Of a stretch of DNA of 64,000 nucleotides, positions 48,317 through 58,165 are shown one piece after another. The translations under genes and the position numbers were made by a program. Under the pieces are notes generated by a model, which worked only from the letters and a program-made list of their open reading frames with translations, had not been told where the DNA came from and searched no databases. Each line of letters begins with the position of its first letter. Position 1 is the stretch's first letter. The stretch is from an uncultured Clostridia bacterium (GTDB lineage: Bacteria; Bacillota; Clostridia; Christensenellales; UBA1242), in NCBI GenBank assembly GCA_947626955.1, contig CANQUB010000001.1:10748-74747 (forward strand), given 5' to 3'.

Positions 48317-48322
48317 ATTGGT

Positions 48323-48351
48323 AGTATATGCCCACAAAATTTTTTTGTCAA
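48323..48351 (-). promoter_or_regulatory. thrS promoter
   Basis: TTGACA (48351-48346, overlapping the ytxC stop), a 17-nt spacer, then TATACT (48328-48323). Confidence 0.6.
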
Positions 48352-49109
48352 GAGTTTTGTTTCAAAACGCTAACTTTCCCGTCAAATAATGAAGAAATAT
48401 ATGCTGTGAGCTCGCTATCTACAATATCGCTATGCAAAATAATCTTTTCAGGAGCAAGGCTGATAAGCTCGGTAAGCACCCTAATTTTGCTGTTGTCGTC
48501 TTTTTCTTTATATGACAATTTAAAAATTTCATTGCCGCTTTCGCCCACCGCCCAAATGCTGCCCGGGCTGTAGTGCACATGCACCTCTCCCATCTCGGTT
48601 TCGCTGGTCAAAATGAGAAACTTCATAAGTTCCATAAAGCTGCCACTCATTATAAGATAGCTGGAATTTTCACTGACCAAATTGCAAATTTCTTGCCACC
48701 TCTTTTCAAGCTCCCACAATCTAAAATTATAGAGGCTGTCAATCAAAATTTCTCGGCAGGGTTCGAGCTTGGACTTTATTAGTGCCTTATCCCCCGCTTT
48801 ATCAAACATGGTGAGGGCTTTTATAAATGTGGCACGAGTCACCGAGCTGGACAGGGCGAGTTTTAAATGTTTTTCGAGATACTGCTCTTTATACGAGCGA
48901 ATGATAACCTCGGCCACGGCGTCAAACACCGCACCAAGCACCACGTCTTTCTTATCCTCACTGACTGCAAGGGCAAGCTTGACCCGCTTGTCAAACTCCT
49001 CGCACACCATAATACCATGGTGGCTTTTGATGGTGGGGCGAAGGCGTTTTATGAGAAAAGTGATGTCACTAGATTTGGCACTATTTGTGCTGATAGTGAG
49101 TTCAAACAT
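48348..49109 (-). CDS. ytxC: YtxC-like sporulation protein
   Basis: 253 aa located immediately upstream of thrS, as in B. subtilis ytxC-thrS. The assignment rests mainly on synteny and size. Confidence 0.55.
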   Translation of the reverse strand: MFELTISTNSAKSSDITFLIKRLRPTIKSHHGIMVCEEFDKRVKLALAVSEDKKDVVLGAVFDAVAEVIIRSYKEQYLEKHLKLALSSSVTRATFIKALTMFDKAGDKALIKSKLEPCREILIDSLYNFRLWELEKRWQEICNLVSENSSYLIMSGSFMELMKFLILTSETEMGEVHVHYSPGSIWAVGESGNEIFKLSYKEKDDNSKIRVLTELISLAPEKIILHSDIVDSELTAYISSLFDGKVSVLKQNS

Positions 49110-49296
49110 TGCTGTACCTCAAACCTAGTTTATGCTAACAATATTTGTTTTACTCACATAAATAAAAAAAGTTGTTTTGACGACCAAAACACTTTAAATA
49201 TATCTTTTGACGCTAATATTTTCTTTTATTCGCACCGCATGGCCATTGTCAAAAAAACGCAAAATTGGCAAAAAAGAAATGAAAAAACGCATCATT

Positions 49297-49944
49297 TTAT
49301 ATCATATGCGGAAAAATTTGTTCAATGTCGTTATTGTTGCCACCAGCAAGTTCGCCCTCTTTAACGCTAACTTTTAGCTTTTCTTTAACCCCTTTATAAA
49401 GGTCTATAAGCTCATCTCTATCAATAAGTTCCACCCCGTTCTCTTTGGCAAGCTGTTCGCAAGGCTGAGTGAAATGCGATGACGAAATGACCATGGCCTG
49501 ACTGCAGTTATAGTGGCATTTGGCAGCCAGCACCTCTTGCACACACTTGACCCCAACCAGCTTGTTATACCTCTTGGCCTGCACGGCAACTCGTATGTCA
49601 TTTTTAGTGATAATCAAATCGGCGCCATAGTCTCGTGAGCGGCTGGTTAGCTCGACCTTAAAACCAAAACAGGTCAACAGTCCTTCAAGATATTCCTCAA
49701 ACATATAGCCGCTCATAATGTCAATATCTGAGATGTCAGCCGACATAACCAGTTCTTTTCCATGCTTGTTTGCCTTTTCAAACTTGCGCTTTTTATAAAG
49801 CTTAACAATGCCGCGAATCATAAAGTATATTAAAAAAACAGGAGAAAAAATTATGACAAAAATCCAGCATATAACCTTTATAAAGATTATAAATCCCCTC
49901 TTTGCTCTATTTTTTCCACTTTTTTGCACATTTGCACTGTCCAT
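49297..49944 (-). CDS. membrane-anchored restriction endonuclease-like protein (Mrr_cat domain)
   Basis: N-terminal TM (FIIFIKVICWIFVIIFSPVFLIYFMI). Mrr catalytic core: GYMFEEYL..DYGADLII..VAVQAKRY..VISSSHFT. Confidence 0.7.
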   Translation of the reverse strand: MDSANVQKSGKNRAKRGFIIFIKVICWIFVIIFSPVFLIYFMIRGIVKLYKKRKFEKANKHGKELVMSADISDIDIMSGYMFEEYLEGLLTCFGFKVELTSRSRDYGADLIITKNDIRVAVQAKRYNKLVGVKCVQEVLAAKCHYNCSQAMVISSSHFTQPCEQLAKENGVELIDRDELIDLYKGVKEKLKVSVKEGELAGGNNNDIEQIFPHMI

Positions 49945-50065
49945 ACCATAATTATAATAAAAAATTCAGTTTTGGCAAAAACATTTGATTATAATTAAAA
50001 AAGTTGGCACTTTTCTTTGCCAATTTTATTGTGGTTGTGATAAACTTTAAATAAGGAAGAAAAAT

Positions 50066-50737
50066 ATGATCATTGCAATAGACGGAACATCGTCAAGTGG
50101 AAAATCCTCAATAGCTAAAGAGCTTGGCCGTAGGCTGGGCTTCCATGTGCTGGGCACGGGCTCGCTATATCGCGCCGTGGCTCTAAAAATGCTCAATCTC
50201 TCGATTGACCTTAGCGACGATGAAATGATAAAAACCATGCTCTCCACCTCAAAAATAGAAAGCCATTTCGAAAATGGTGTTATCTCCATTTCCATCGACG
50301 GAATCGACACTCCAATGTCAACTCTCAACAGCCAAGAGGTTTCAGCACTCTCAGCCGAGGTGGCTCAAAAGCCTTTTGTGCGCGAGTTTATTCGCAGCAT
50401 TCAACATGCCGAAGCTGAAAAGCATCAACACATAATTGTTGAAGGGAGAGACATTGGCAGCGTGGTATTCCCCGATGCTGAGATTAAGCTATATATAGAC
50501 GCCGATATCGTCACACGCGCCAAAAGAAAGCAGGCTACCTATCATGAGAATGGCGAAGATGTAAAGCTTGAAGAGGTCATCCGTCAACTCGAACAGCGCG
50601 ACAAAGAAGACCGCGAACGAGATATCTCTCCACTTATCATGACCAGCACTTCTATCTTTGTGGACACTTCTGCCGAAACCCTCGACCAAAGCGTAAACAA
50701 GATTATTGACCTAATAAGTGAAATAAGAAACAAGTAA
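50066..50737 (+). CDS. cmk: cytidylate kinase
   Basis: MIIAIDGTSSSGKSSIAKELGRRLGF..GSLYRAVA..EGRDIGSVVFPDA. Confidence 0.93.
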   Translation: MIIAIDGTSSSGKSSIAKELGRRLGFHVLGTGSLYRAVALKMLNLSIDLSDDEMIKTMLSTSKIESHFENGVISISIDGIDTPMSTLNSQEVSALSAEVAQKPFVREFIRSIQHAEAEKHQHIIVEGRDIGSVVFPDAEIKLYIDADIVTRAKRKQATYHENGEDVKLEEVIRQLEQRDKEDRERDISPLIMTSTSIFVDTSAETLDQSVNKIIDLISEIRNK

Positions 50738-50762
50738 AAAACTCGGCAATGCCGAGTTTTTA
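50736..50762. terminator. bidirectional terminator between cmk and queH
   Basis: aaaaactcggc-aat-gccgagttttt. Confidence 0.8.
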
Positions 50763-50767
50763 TTTGC

Positions 50768-51343
50768 CTAATTTAAATGCCAGTTAGAATATTGGCAACC
50801 GCAATAGTCTTGGCGGTAGAGCTCATAGTCCTTTGAATATTGAATACTTTTTTTGTAGCCATCTTTCTTCTTAAAGTTGGTTTCAAGATATTTTATGCCA
50901 ATCTTTTCTTCAAGCATATTTCCAATGCTATTTATAAGCTCAGCATTTTTATGCGGGCTTACAGTAAGGGTTGTGGCAAACAGGTCAAAGCCATTTTCCT
51001 TGGCAGTAATGGCCGTCTTTTCAAGACGGAGCAAGAAACATTTTTCGCAGCGTTTGCCTCCCTCTCTCTCATCTTTTAATGGGGCGGCTATCTTTTCAAA
51101 TGCAGGGTTGTCGTAGTCGGTATCCAAAATTTCAATATTATATCCCTGCTCCTTTAGCCTGTGAACAAACTTTACTTCCTCACCCTTTCTCTTTAAATAT
51201 TCTTTTTCGGGTTCAATGTTTGGATTGTAATAAAATATGGTTATGTCATAATCGCTTGCAAGGGTAAAAATAGCTGTCGTGCTACAAGGTGCACAACAAC
51301 TATGCAATAATATTTTAGGCTTATTTTTTGTAATATCGCTCAT
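50768..51343 (-). CDS. queH: epoxyqueuosine reductase QueH (DUF208)
   Basis: LLHSCCAPCS, GGKRCEKCFLLRL, TTLTVSPHK and YRQDYCGCQYS are the DUF208/QueH cysteine motifs. Confidence 0.85.
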   Translation of the reverse strand: MSDITKNKPKILLHSCCAPCSTTAIFTLASDYDITIFYYNPNIEPEKEYLKRKGEEVKFVHRLKEQGYNIEILDTDYDNPAFEKIAAPLKDEREGGKRCEKCFLLRLEKTAITAKENGFDLFATTLTVSPHKNAELINSIGNMLEEKIGIKYLETNFKKKDGYKKSIQYSKDYELYRQDYCGCQYSNWHLN

Positions 51344-51387
51344 TTTTTACCTATTTTTGCATATTTTATTACATATTTTTGCGTTTT

Positions 51388-53151
51388 TTACATTTTTGTT
51401 GGAGTTTCAATACCGAGGGTATCAAGCCCAAGAGTTATGGCCTTAAGCGTAGCTAAAGAAAGTCCAACAAGGCTGGCTTTTCTCTTTGAATCTTTTTCGG
51501 TGTTTACCTTGATGTTATTGTAGAAAACAGCATACGAACTTGCCAAGTTGTAGACTGCCGCACAAAGCGAGTGCAATGAATTCTCCTCGTAGGCTGTTGT
51601 GAAGCTCTCGTACATTTTAACAAGGCTTATAACTATATTTCTCTCCTCGTCGGTCTCAACCTTAATCTCGCCTGGTTCAACCCCAGTCTTTGTTATAAGT
51701 GAGTTTATACGAGCGGCGGTATACTGAATATATGGGCCAGTCTTGCCTTCAAAAGATGAAAACTTGTCGAGGTCGAAAACGTAGTCCTTATATACAATAT
51801 TTGAAAGGTCGCCAAACTTAAGAGCACCAACGCCAATCATAAGTGCCAATTTTTGGTCGCCCACAATTCCATTTTCTTTCAACCTCTGGCTGGCCTTGGT
51901 GGTAATCATGTCGATAATGTCGCTGAGTTTAACAGTTGTGCCCTCACGAGTTTTGAAGGCCTTGCCGTCTTTTCCGTTCACTGTTCCAAAAGAAATTTGG
52001 ACAAGTTCTTGCTCTTTTGGCGAAATTCCAACCAGCTTGCATGCACGAATAAATTGTGTGAAGTGCATGGTCTGCCTTTGGTCAACAATGTACATTATCT
52101 TGTCGGGGCTATATGTCTCGTTCCTCATAAGCACGGTTGCAATATCGGTTGTGGCGTAGAGGTCGGCGTCATTGTATTTTTTGATGATAACCGGTGGCAT
52201 TGGGTTACGATACCTTTGAGGCTCGTCGTCGCTCTTTTTCTCAATTGGAATATTTTCCCCTTCTTTGGCGACATCCACCACAAGGGCACCCTCGCTCATA
52301 TATGCAAGCCCCTTGTCCTTGAACATCTGCACGGCACGATTGAGGTAAGGTTCAGCTGTACTTTCGCCGTACCACAGGTCAAAGTGGCAACCAAGCTGCA
52401 AATAGTGCTCCTTTATCTTTGCCACCGACAATGCCCTTATGTCTTGATAAATTTGGTAAAAAGGCTGCTTCTTTCTTTGAATAAAAAGTGTATAATCATC
52501 GGCTTTTTTCTTAAAGTCGCTTTCGGTGGACTTGCGCTTGCTGGCTTTTGGATACTCCTCGTTGAGGGTGTCAAGAGTAATTTCCTTATTCGTTCCCCTG
52601 CCAAAATATCCCTCAAGATAGCCGTCATCTTCAAGCTGAGCAACGGTGAGGCCCATTTGCAGTCCCCAGTCGCCAAGGTGAGTGTCGGTCACAACTTCGT
52701 TGCCCATAAGCTTGTTTAGCCTAAACAATGCCTCACCGATAATTGGCGAGCGAACATGGCCGATATGAAGCTCTTTTGCAACATTGGCTCCACCATAGTC
52801 CATAACAATTTTTAGCGGCTTTTCAGGTTTTTTGACCATATTTTTAGGGTCTTCTAGCACCGAATTTGCGATTTTTGACAAAAATTCATTGGTCATTTTT
52901 ATGTTTACAAAAGCCGGCTTAGAAAATGTGGCGACAAAGTCTTTGCTATACTTTTCTAGCTCCTGCGCAATGGCTTCGGCCACCTCGTCAGGACGCTTAC
53001 CTAATTTCTTTGCAAGCACAAAAGCCGAGTTACATTGGTAGTCAGCCACCTGAGGATTGTTGGCTTGTCCCAGGGTGACATCGCCCTTGTCGTACCCAAG
53101 CTTAGTAAAGGCTTCCTCTAATTTACTAATTAAATAATCTTTAACAATCAT
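51388..53151 (-). CDS. argS: arginyl-tRNA synthetase
   Basis: 587 aa with a class I HIGH-type motif (ANVAKELHIGHVRS), a DALR anticodon-binding C-terminus and a typical terminal Met. Confidence 0.96.
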   Translation of the reverse strand: MIVKDYLISKLEEAFTKLGYDKGDVTLGQANNPQVADYQCNSAFVLAKKLGKRPDEVAEAIAQELEKYSKDFVATFSKPAFVNIKMTNEFLSKIANSVLEDPKNMVKKPEKPLKIVMDYGGANVAKELHIGHVRSPIIGEALFRLNKLMGNEVVTDTHLGDWGLQMGLTVAQLEDDGYLEGYFGRGTNKEITLDTLNEEYPKASKRKSTESDFKKKADDYTLFIQRKKQPFYQIYQDIRALSVAKIKEHYLQLGCHFDLWYGESTAEPYLNRAVQMFKDKGLAYMSEGALVVDVAKEGENIPIEKKSDDEPQRYRNPMPPVIIKKYNDADLYATTDIATVLMRNETYSPDKIMYIVDQRQTMHFTQFIRACKLVGISPKEQELVQISFGTVNGKDGKAFKTREGTTVKLSDIIDMITTKASQRLKENGIVGDQKLALMIGVGALKFGDLSNIVYKDYVFDLDKFSSFEGKTGPYIQYTAARINSLITKTGVEPGEIKVETDEERNIVISLVKMYESFTTAYEENSLHSLCAAVYNLASSYAVFYNNIKVNTEKDSKRKASLVGLSLATLKAITLGLDTLGIETPTKM

Positions 53152-53217
53152 AGCATTTTTCCTTTGCGACGATTATAGCATAGCAGCCCGCCATTTTGCA
53201 AGTAAAAAAAGAAAGCA

Positions 53218-55332
53218 CTATTTGCTAGTGCTCTTCTTTCCTTTTTTCTTATCTTTATATATCATGGCCCTGAGCGAGTTTAGCACGGCCAGCAGGCTTA
53301 GACCAACATCGGCAAAGATGGCAAGCCACATCCCCGACAGCCCAAACGCACTTAGTATTAGCACCGCCACTTTTACAAGCAGTATGCCAATCACATTTTC
53401 ATAAATGACCTTTCTTGTCTTTTTGGCAATCTTTATGGCGTCAGCCACCTTGCTTGGCTGGTCGGTCATGATGACCACATCACTGGCCTCGATGGCCACG
53501 TCGCTTCCAACCCCACCCATGCTGATTCCAACATCGACACTGGCAAGCACAGGTGCATCGTTAATGCCGTCACCAACAAAGGCCATAGTGCCCTCTTTCT
53601 TTATTTCTTTCAAGGACTCAACCTTGCCCTCGGGCAAAAGGCCGGCATAATAGGCGTCAAGGTTAAGCTCGTTGGCAACGCTGTTTGCCACATCCTCATT
53701 GTCCCCTGTGAACATAGTGACCGTCTTAACCCCGCAAGCCTTAAGCTTTTCCACCACGCTGAAACTATCCTCTTTTATTTTGTCCGACACGCGAACATAG
53801 CCCATGTATTTGCCACTTTTTGCAAGGTAGACAACAGTGCCAACCTCTTCGGCCTCTTCAAATTTGATTTCGTGTTCCTTCAAAAGTTCGGCCTTGCCCA
53901 CAACGCACAGCTCGCCAAACAGCGTGACCTCCACTCCGAGACCGGCACGCTCGGTATAATCCTCAACAAATGCAGTGTTTATTGGCTTTTCAAAGGCCGC
54001 AACAATGGACTTGGCAATGCGGTGATTAGAAAAGCTTTCGGCATAGGCCACCAACTCGAGCACCTCTTTTTGAGTGGTGCCCTTTTTGGCAAAGACCTTA
54101 TCCACAACGAAGTTGCCCTCGGTAAGCGTGCCCGTTTTGTCAAAGGCCACGGTGCTGACCTTTGCCAACATTTCAAGATAGGTCGAGCCCTTAATTAACA
54201 CGCCGTTGTGCGCTTCAGCCCCAATCCCAGCAAAATAGCCAAGAGGAATGGAAATTATCAGCGCGCATGGGCAAGACACAACCAAAAATGTCAGTGCCCT
54301 ATAAAGCCAAACCGAAAAGGCCTGACCGCACAGCCACGGAACAACGGCCAGCAAAACGGCCACTCCCACCACGATTGGCGTATACCATTTGGCAAACTTG
54401 GTTATAAATTTCTCGGTCTTGGCCTTGGTCTTGGTGGCGTTTTCCACCATCTCGACAATCTTTGTGACCGTGCTGTCCTTCTCGGTCTTGGTTATGCTTG
54501 CAAGCAGCACTCCCTCGCCGTTTATGCAGCCGCTCAAAAGTTCGTCGCCCTGTTTTACAAAGACCTCGCGGCTCTCCCCGGTTATGGCAGCCATGTTGAG
54601 ATAGGACTGACCTTCCAAGACCTTGCAGTCTAGCGGCACTTTTTCCCCCGCCTTGATGCGGATGATGTCACCCACCTTCAGGCTGTCCAGCGAGACCACT
54701 TCTTCACCTCCGTCAACCACCTTGTTTGCGCATTCGGCCTTTATTTTAAGCAGGCTTTGCACGCGTTTTCGCGAACGGCCGACGGCCAGCTCTTGAAAAA
54801 ACTCGCCTATCGAGTACAAAAACATTACGGCGATGGCCTCAATCCACTGCTGTAAACACAGCGCTCCAATGGTTGCCACACTCATCAAAAAGTTTTCGTC
54901 CAGCATCTTGCCGTGAATGATATTTTTGGCGGCGGCATATAAAACATCCAGCCCCACCGAAACATAGGCCAGCATATAAAGTGTGATTTTCAGCCACTCA
55001 ATCTTTGCTGGCAAAAGATAGCCGACAAGGGTCAAAACCCCAGCAAAAATTATCTTTGCAAGGCCAAACCATTTTTGAAATTTCTCTCTTTTTTCGGCCT
55101 TTTCTCTTTGCGAAGTGTCAACAATTCTTATTGAGCTGTCGAACTTGGTAATGCACTTTTCAACCCTCTTTACCACCTCTTTAATCTCTTTGCCGTCGGC
55201 CTCGACAATGACCTTTTTGGCTGCGAAGTCCACCACGGCGCTTTTGACGCCCTCGACCTCACGCACCTTGTCTTCAAGGTTGACAGCACATCCAACGCAA
55301 TGAATCCTGCTAAGTTGTATTTCTTTTTTCAT
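53218..55332 (-). CDS. cadA: heavy-metal (Cd/Zn/Co-type) translocating P1B-type ATPase
   Basis: N-terminal HMA domain (CVGC), a CPC motif in TM6 (VSCPCALIISIP), DKTGTLT and GDGINDAP. Confidence 0.9.
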   Translation of the reverse strand: MKKEIQLSRIHCVGCAVNLEDKVREVEGVKSAVVDFAAKKVIVEADGKEIKEVVKRVEKCITKFDSSIRIVDTSQREKAEKREKFQKWFGLAKIIFAGVLTLVGYLLPAKIEWLKITLYMLAYVSVGLDVLYAAAKNIIHGKMLDENFLMSVATIGALCLQQWIEAIAVMFLYSIGEFFQELAVGRSRKRVQSLLKIKAECANKVVDGGEEVVSLDSLKVGDIIRIKAGEKVPLDCKVLEGQSYLNMAAITGESREVFVKQGDELLSGCINGEGVLLASITKTEKDSTVTKIVEMVENATKTKAKTEKFITKFAKWYTPIVVGVAVLLAVVPWLCGQAFSVWLYRALTFLVVSCPCALIISIPLGYFAGIGAEAHNGVLIKGSTYLEMLAKVSTVAFDKTGTLTEGNFVVDKVFAKKGTTQKEVLELVAYAESFSNHRIAKSIVAAFEKPINTAFVEDYTERAGLGVEVTLFGELCVVGKAELLKEHEIKFEEAEEVGTVVYLAKSGKYMGYVRVSDKIKEDSFSVVEKLKACGVKTVTMFTGDNEDVANSVANELNLDAYYAGLLPEGKVESLKEIKKEGTMAFVGDGINDAPVLASVDVGISMGGVGSDVAIEASDVVIMTDQPSKVADAIKIAKKTRKVIYENVIGILLVKVAVLILSAFGLSGMWLAIFADVGLSLLAVLNSLRAMIYKDKKKGKKSTSK

Positions 55333-55670
55333 TATTCGGCCACGTGCTCCTTTGCAATCTTCAAAAGTTTAGTGATGTGTTCATCGGCAAGGCTATACAC
55401 AATCTCGTTGCCCCGCCTAGAGGTGGAGACAATTTTGGCCTCACGCAGCACTTTAAGTTGGTGCGAAATTAGCGACTGCGACGCATCCAAATAGCAGCAC
55501 AGCTCGTGCACGCACCTCTTGCCCTTCTCTAGGGCATAGACAATTCCCAGCCTATTCTTCTCTCCAAGCACCTTGTATAATTTGGCAATTTTATCAATCT
55601 CTTCTTTATGTTGAGCGGTCGGCTCAAAATGAAACTCGTGATTCACTTCTTTGGCTCCTCTTTCTACCAA
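55332..55670 (-). CDS. cadC: ArsR/SmtB-family metalloregulator (CadC-like)
   Basis: wHTH (LGEKNRLGIVYAL..CVHELCCYLDASQSLISHQLKVLREAKIV). The likely true start is the GTG at 55646, 8 nt after AGAGGAG. It overlaps the cadA start. Confidence 0.85.
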   Translation of the reverse strand: MVERGAKEVNHEFHFEPTAQHKEEIDKIAKLYKVLGEKNRLGIVYALEKGKRCVHELCCYLDASQSLISHQLKVLREAKIVSTSRRGNEIVYSLADEHITKLLKIAKEHVAE

Positions 55671-55674
55671 TAGT

Positions 55675-55737
55675 ATATGAACGGATTTTCATATTGTCAA
55701 CTAAAAAATAAAGAATATGAAAATTTATTCATATTCT
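55675..55737. promoter_or_regulatory. two inverted repeats ATATGAA-N6-TTCATAT upstream of cadC-cadA (candidate ArsR-family operators)
   Basis: atatgaa-cggatt-ttcatat (55675-55694) and agaatatgaa-aattta-ttcatattct (55712-55737). Confidence 0.5.
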
Positions 55738-55810
55738 TATTGGACTCAAACTTTTTCAGCTCTTATTTAAATTTATAGACAATCTATATATAAATAAATT
55801 TCCTTTTATA

Positions 55811-56980
55811 TTATCTTGCCTTTATAACAACTGACTCAATCTTTGAATAGGCCTCGTCGACAAGGACGTTGAAGTCAAGCTTAGCTTCCTCTCTTTTAAC
55901 ATTTTCCAGCCGTGGCTTTATAATAGGGTTTTTAGGCACGAAGACTGTGCAGCAATCCTCATATGGCCTAATGGAAATGTCGTAACAGTCAATCTTGCGA
56001 CTGAGCTCAATGGTATCTTGCTTGTCAAAGCCCACAAGCGGCCTCATAATTTGAGTGTCCTTTACCACCTCACCAACCACGCTCATGCTCTCAATGGTTT
56101 GGCTGGCCACCTGCCCAAGGCTCTCCCCCGTGATGATCATCTTAAAGCCCTTATCCTTGCACAGCCTTTCAGCAATAGTAAACATGGCACGGCGAAGTAG
56201 AGTTATATTGTAGTCACTCTTGCAATTTTTGTTGATCTCTTCTTGGTAGTGGGTCATTGGACACATGAACACTTCGAGTTCTCCAGCGTTGTATGCAGCA
56301 ATTTTTTCGGCCAACTCCTCAACCTTGCGGCGAGCAAGCTCGCTGGTGTATGGAAAACTATGAAAATGCAGTGCATAAATTTTTGCTCCGCGCTTGGCCA
56401 TCATATAGCCGGCAACCGGGCTGTCTATTCCGCCCGAAAGCAGCAACAGTCCCCTTCCGGCCGAGCCCACAGGCATTCCCCCAACGCATGGATAGGTCTT
56501 TAAAAACATATAGGTCTTTTTGTTCTCACGGACATCAACATTTAAAATATGCTCGGGGTGAACAACGTCAACTTTTAGCGACTTGTTTGCTTTTAGAATC
56601 TCACCACCAAGCATGGCACTAATTTGCATTGAGTTTAGCGAAAAAGTCTTGTCGGCACGGTTGGTCTCTACTTTAAAAGTCCCCTCTTCGTCCTCCATAA
56701 GCTTTGTGGCCATGTCCTTTAAATTGTCAAGGTCGGTATCAAAACATACAGCTGGCGAAAGCGAAAATAGCCCGGCCTGCTTTGTTAAAAGAGCAATAAG
56801 AGCGGGCTCGCTTGCCAAATTATATCCGCTTACAACATACCTTCCGGGTATGCGCGAAAATTCACAATTATAGGCTGAAATGGCGTTTTTGATATTGTTT
56901 TCCAACAATTTTTCAAAGAAATTGCGGTTTTTGCCTTTAAGGTAAATTTCGCCAAAACGTAAAAGTAAACATCTATCCAT
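55811..56980 (-). CDS. thiI: tRNA 4-thiouridine(8) synthase ThiI
   Basis: 389 aa with THUMP and PP-loop domains (LLLSGGIDSPVAGYMM). It has no rhodanese domain. Confidence 0.92.
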   Translation of the reverse strand: MDRCLLLRFGEIYLKGKNRNFFEKLLENNIKNAISAYNCEFSRIPGRYVVSGYNLASEPALIALLTKQAGLFSLSPAVCFDTDLDNLKDMATKLMEDEEGTFKVETNRADKTFSLNSMQISAMLGGEILKANKSLKVDVVHPEHILNVDVRENKKTYMFLKTYPCVGGMPVGSAGRGLLLLSGGIDSPVAGYMMAKRGAKIYALHFHSFPYTSELARRKVEELAEKIAAYNAGELEVFMCPMTHYQEEINKNCKSDYNITLLRRAMFTIAERLCKDKGFKMIITGESLGQVASQTIESMSVVGEVVKDTQIMRPLVGFDKQDTIELSRKIDCYDISIRPYEDCCTVFVPKNPIIKPRLENVKREEAKLDFNVLVDEAYSKIESVVIKAR

Positions 56981-58106
56981 AGTTTCTTTCCTTTATCTTT
57001 TGTATCTCTTCGGCCATTATTTTGGCTATCTCTTTTGCATCAAAGTCAAGGGTTGGTGAAAGCGAAATTCTAATGCTAGAGAGCATCTTTTCTTTGTTCA
57101 AGCCCATGGCCTCAAGGGTGGCGTTTATATGTTTGCTTGCCGAGCATGCCGACCCAGTTGACACATACACACCTCGCCTTTCTAATGCGTGCAGCAAGGT
57201 CTCACCTCTAACCGAAGTGTCAAACCACAAACTCATAATTCCCGGAAGGCCCCCGCCGTTGATGTGGTATTCCACGCCATTCTTTTTCAACTCACCAAGA
57301 AGCTCGGCTCGCCTTTTTTCTAGTTCGGCAGTATTTTCGGCCAGCCTATCCTTATTATATATAACAGCCTCTTTAAAGCCCACAATGTTGAACACATTTT
57401 CAGTGCCCGACCTGAGGCCACCTTCCTGCCCGCCACCAAAAATTAGTTTGTTTACATTTAGCCCCTTACGGACATAAAGTGCCCCTATGCCTTTGGGCCC
57501 GCCAATTTTGTGAGCCGAAATGGTGTACATATCCACGCCAAGCGCATCCACGCTGAAGTCCATCTTCAAAAAAGCCTGCACGCCGTCGCTATGAAAGATG
57601 ACATCGGGATTGGCCTTTTTGGCCAGCCTTGCCAGCCGCTCAATATCATTCACCGCCCCCGTCTCGTTGCTTGCGTGCTGAATGCTGACAAAAGCCACCT
57701 TGCTAGACAGCAGCTTTTTGTACTCGTCGATGTCCACACTGCCGCTCTCGTTAAGTGGCACGAACTTTACATCGGCTCCTCTACTCTTCAGTTCTTTTGC
57801 GCACTCGCTTACCGACGGATGCTCACCAGCCGAAAACAAGAACACTTTACCCGCATAATTTTTTATGGTAAAGCAGGCCATGTTGTTAGCCTCGGTGGCC
57901 GAACCGGTGAAGATAAATTTTCCTTGGCCACCAAGAGCCGACAAAATATCACTTCTTGCCTGGTCGATGACCTTTCTCACCTCGACAGCCTTATCGTACA
58001 CGGCGTTTGGGTTATAAAAATCGCCAGCAAGAAAACGAGAGGCCTCACGTATGGCCTTATCTATCATTGGCGTGGTTGCTGCGTTATCCAAATAATATCT
58101 TTGCAT
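56973..58106 (-). CDS. cysteine desulfurase (NifS/IscS class V aminotransferase)
   Basis: YLDNAATTP and the PLP lysine in SAHKIGGPKGIGALYV. The active-site Cys is in STGSACSA. The ATG at 58106 is preferred. It is coupled to thiI. Confidence 0.9.
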   Translation of the reverse strand: MQRYYLDNAATTPMIDKAIREASRFLAGDFYNPNAVYDKAVEVRKVIDQARSDILSALGGQGKFIFTGSATEANNMACFTIKNYAGKVFLFSAGEHPSVSECAKELKSRGADVKFVPLNESGSVDIDEYKKLLSSKVAFVSIQHASNETGAVNDIERLARLAKKANPDVIFHSDGVQAFLKMDFSVDALGVDMYTISAHKIGGPKGIGALYVRKGLNVNKLIFGGGQEGGLRSGTENVFNIVGFKEAVIYNKDRLAENTAELEKRRAELLGELKKNGVEYHINGGGLPGIMSLWFDTSVRGETLLHALERRGVYVSTGSACSASKHINATLEAMGLNKEKMLSSIRISLSPTLDFDAKEIAKIMAEEIQKIKERNYG

Positions 58107-58165
58107 ATGGCTAGTATAACACAAAAAATTGAGATATAAAAGCCATGTGCAAAAGTTTTTATAAA

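Noticed and set aside
51853-52719. 288-aa plus-strand ORF
   Set aside because: It is antisense to argS, a long high-confidence gene, and has no motif or Shine-Dalgarno sequence.
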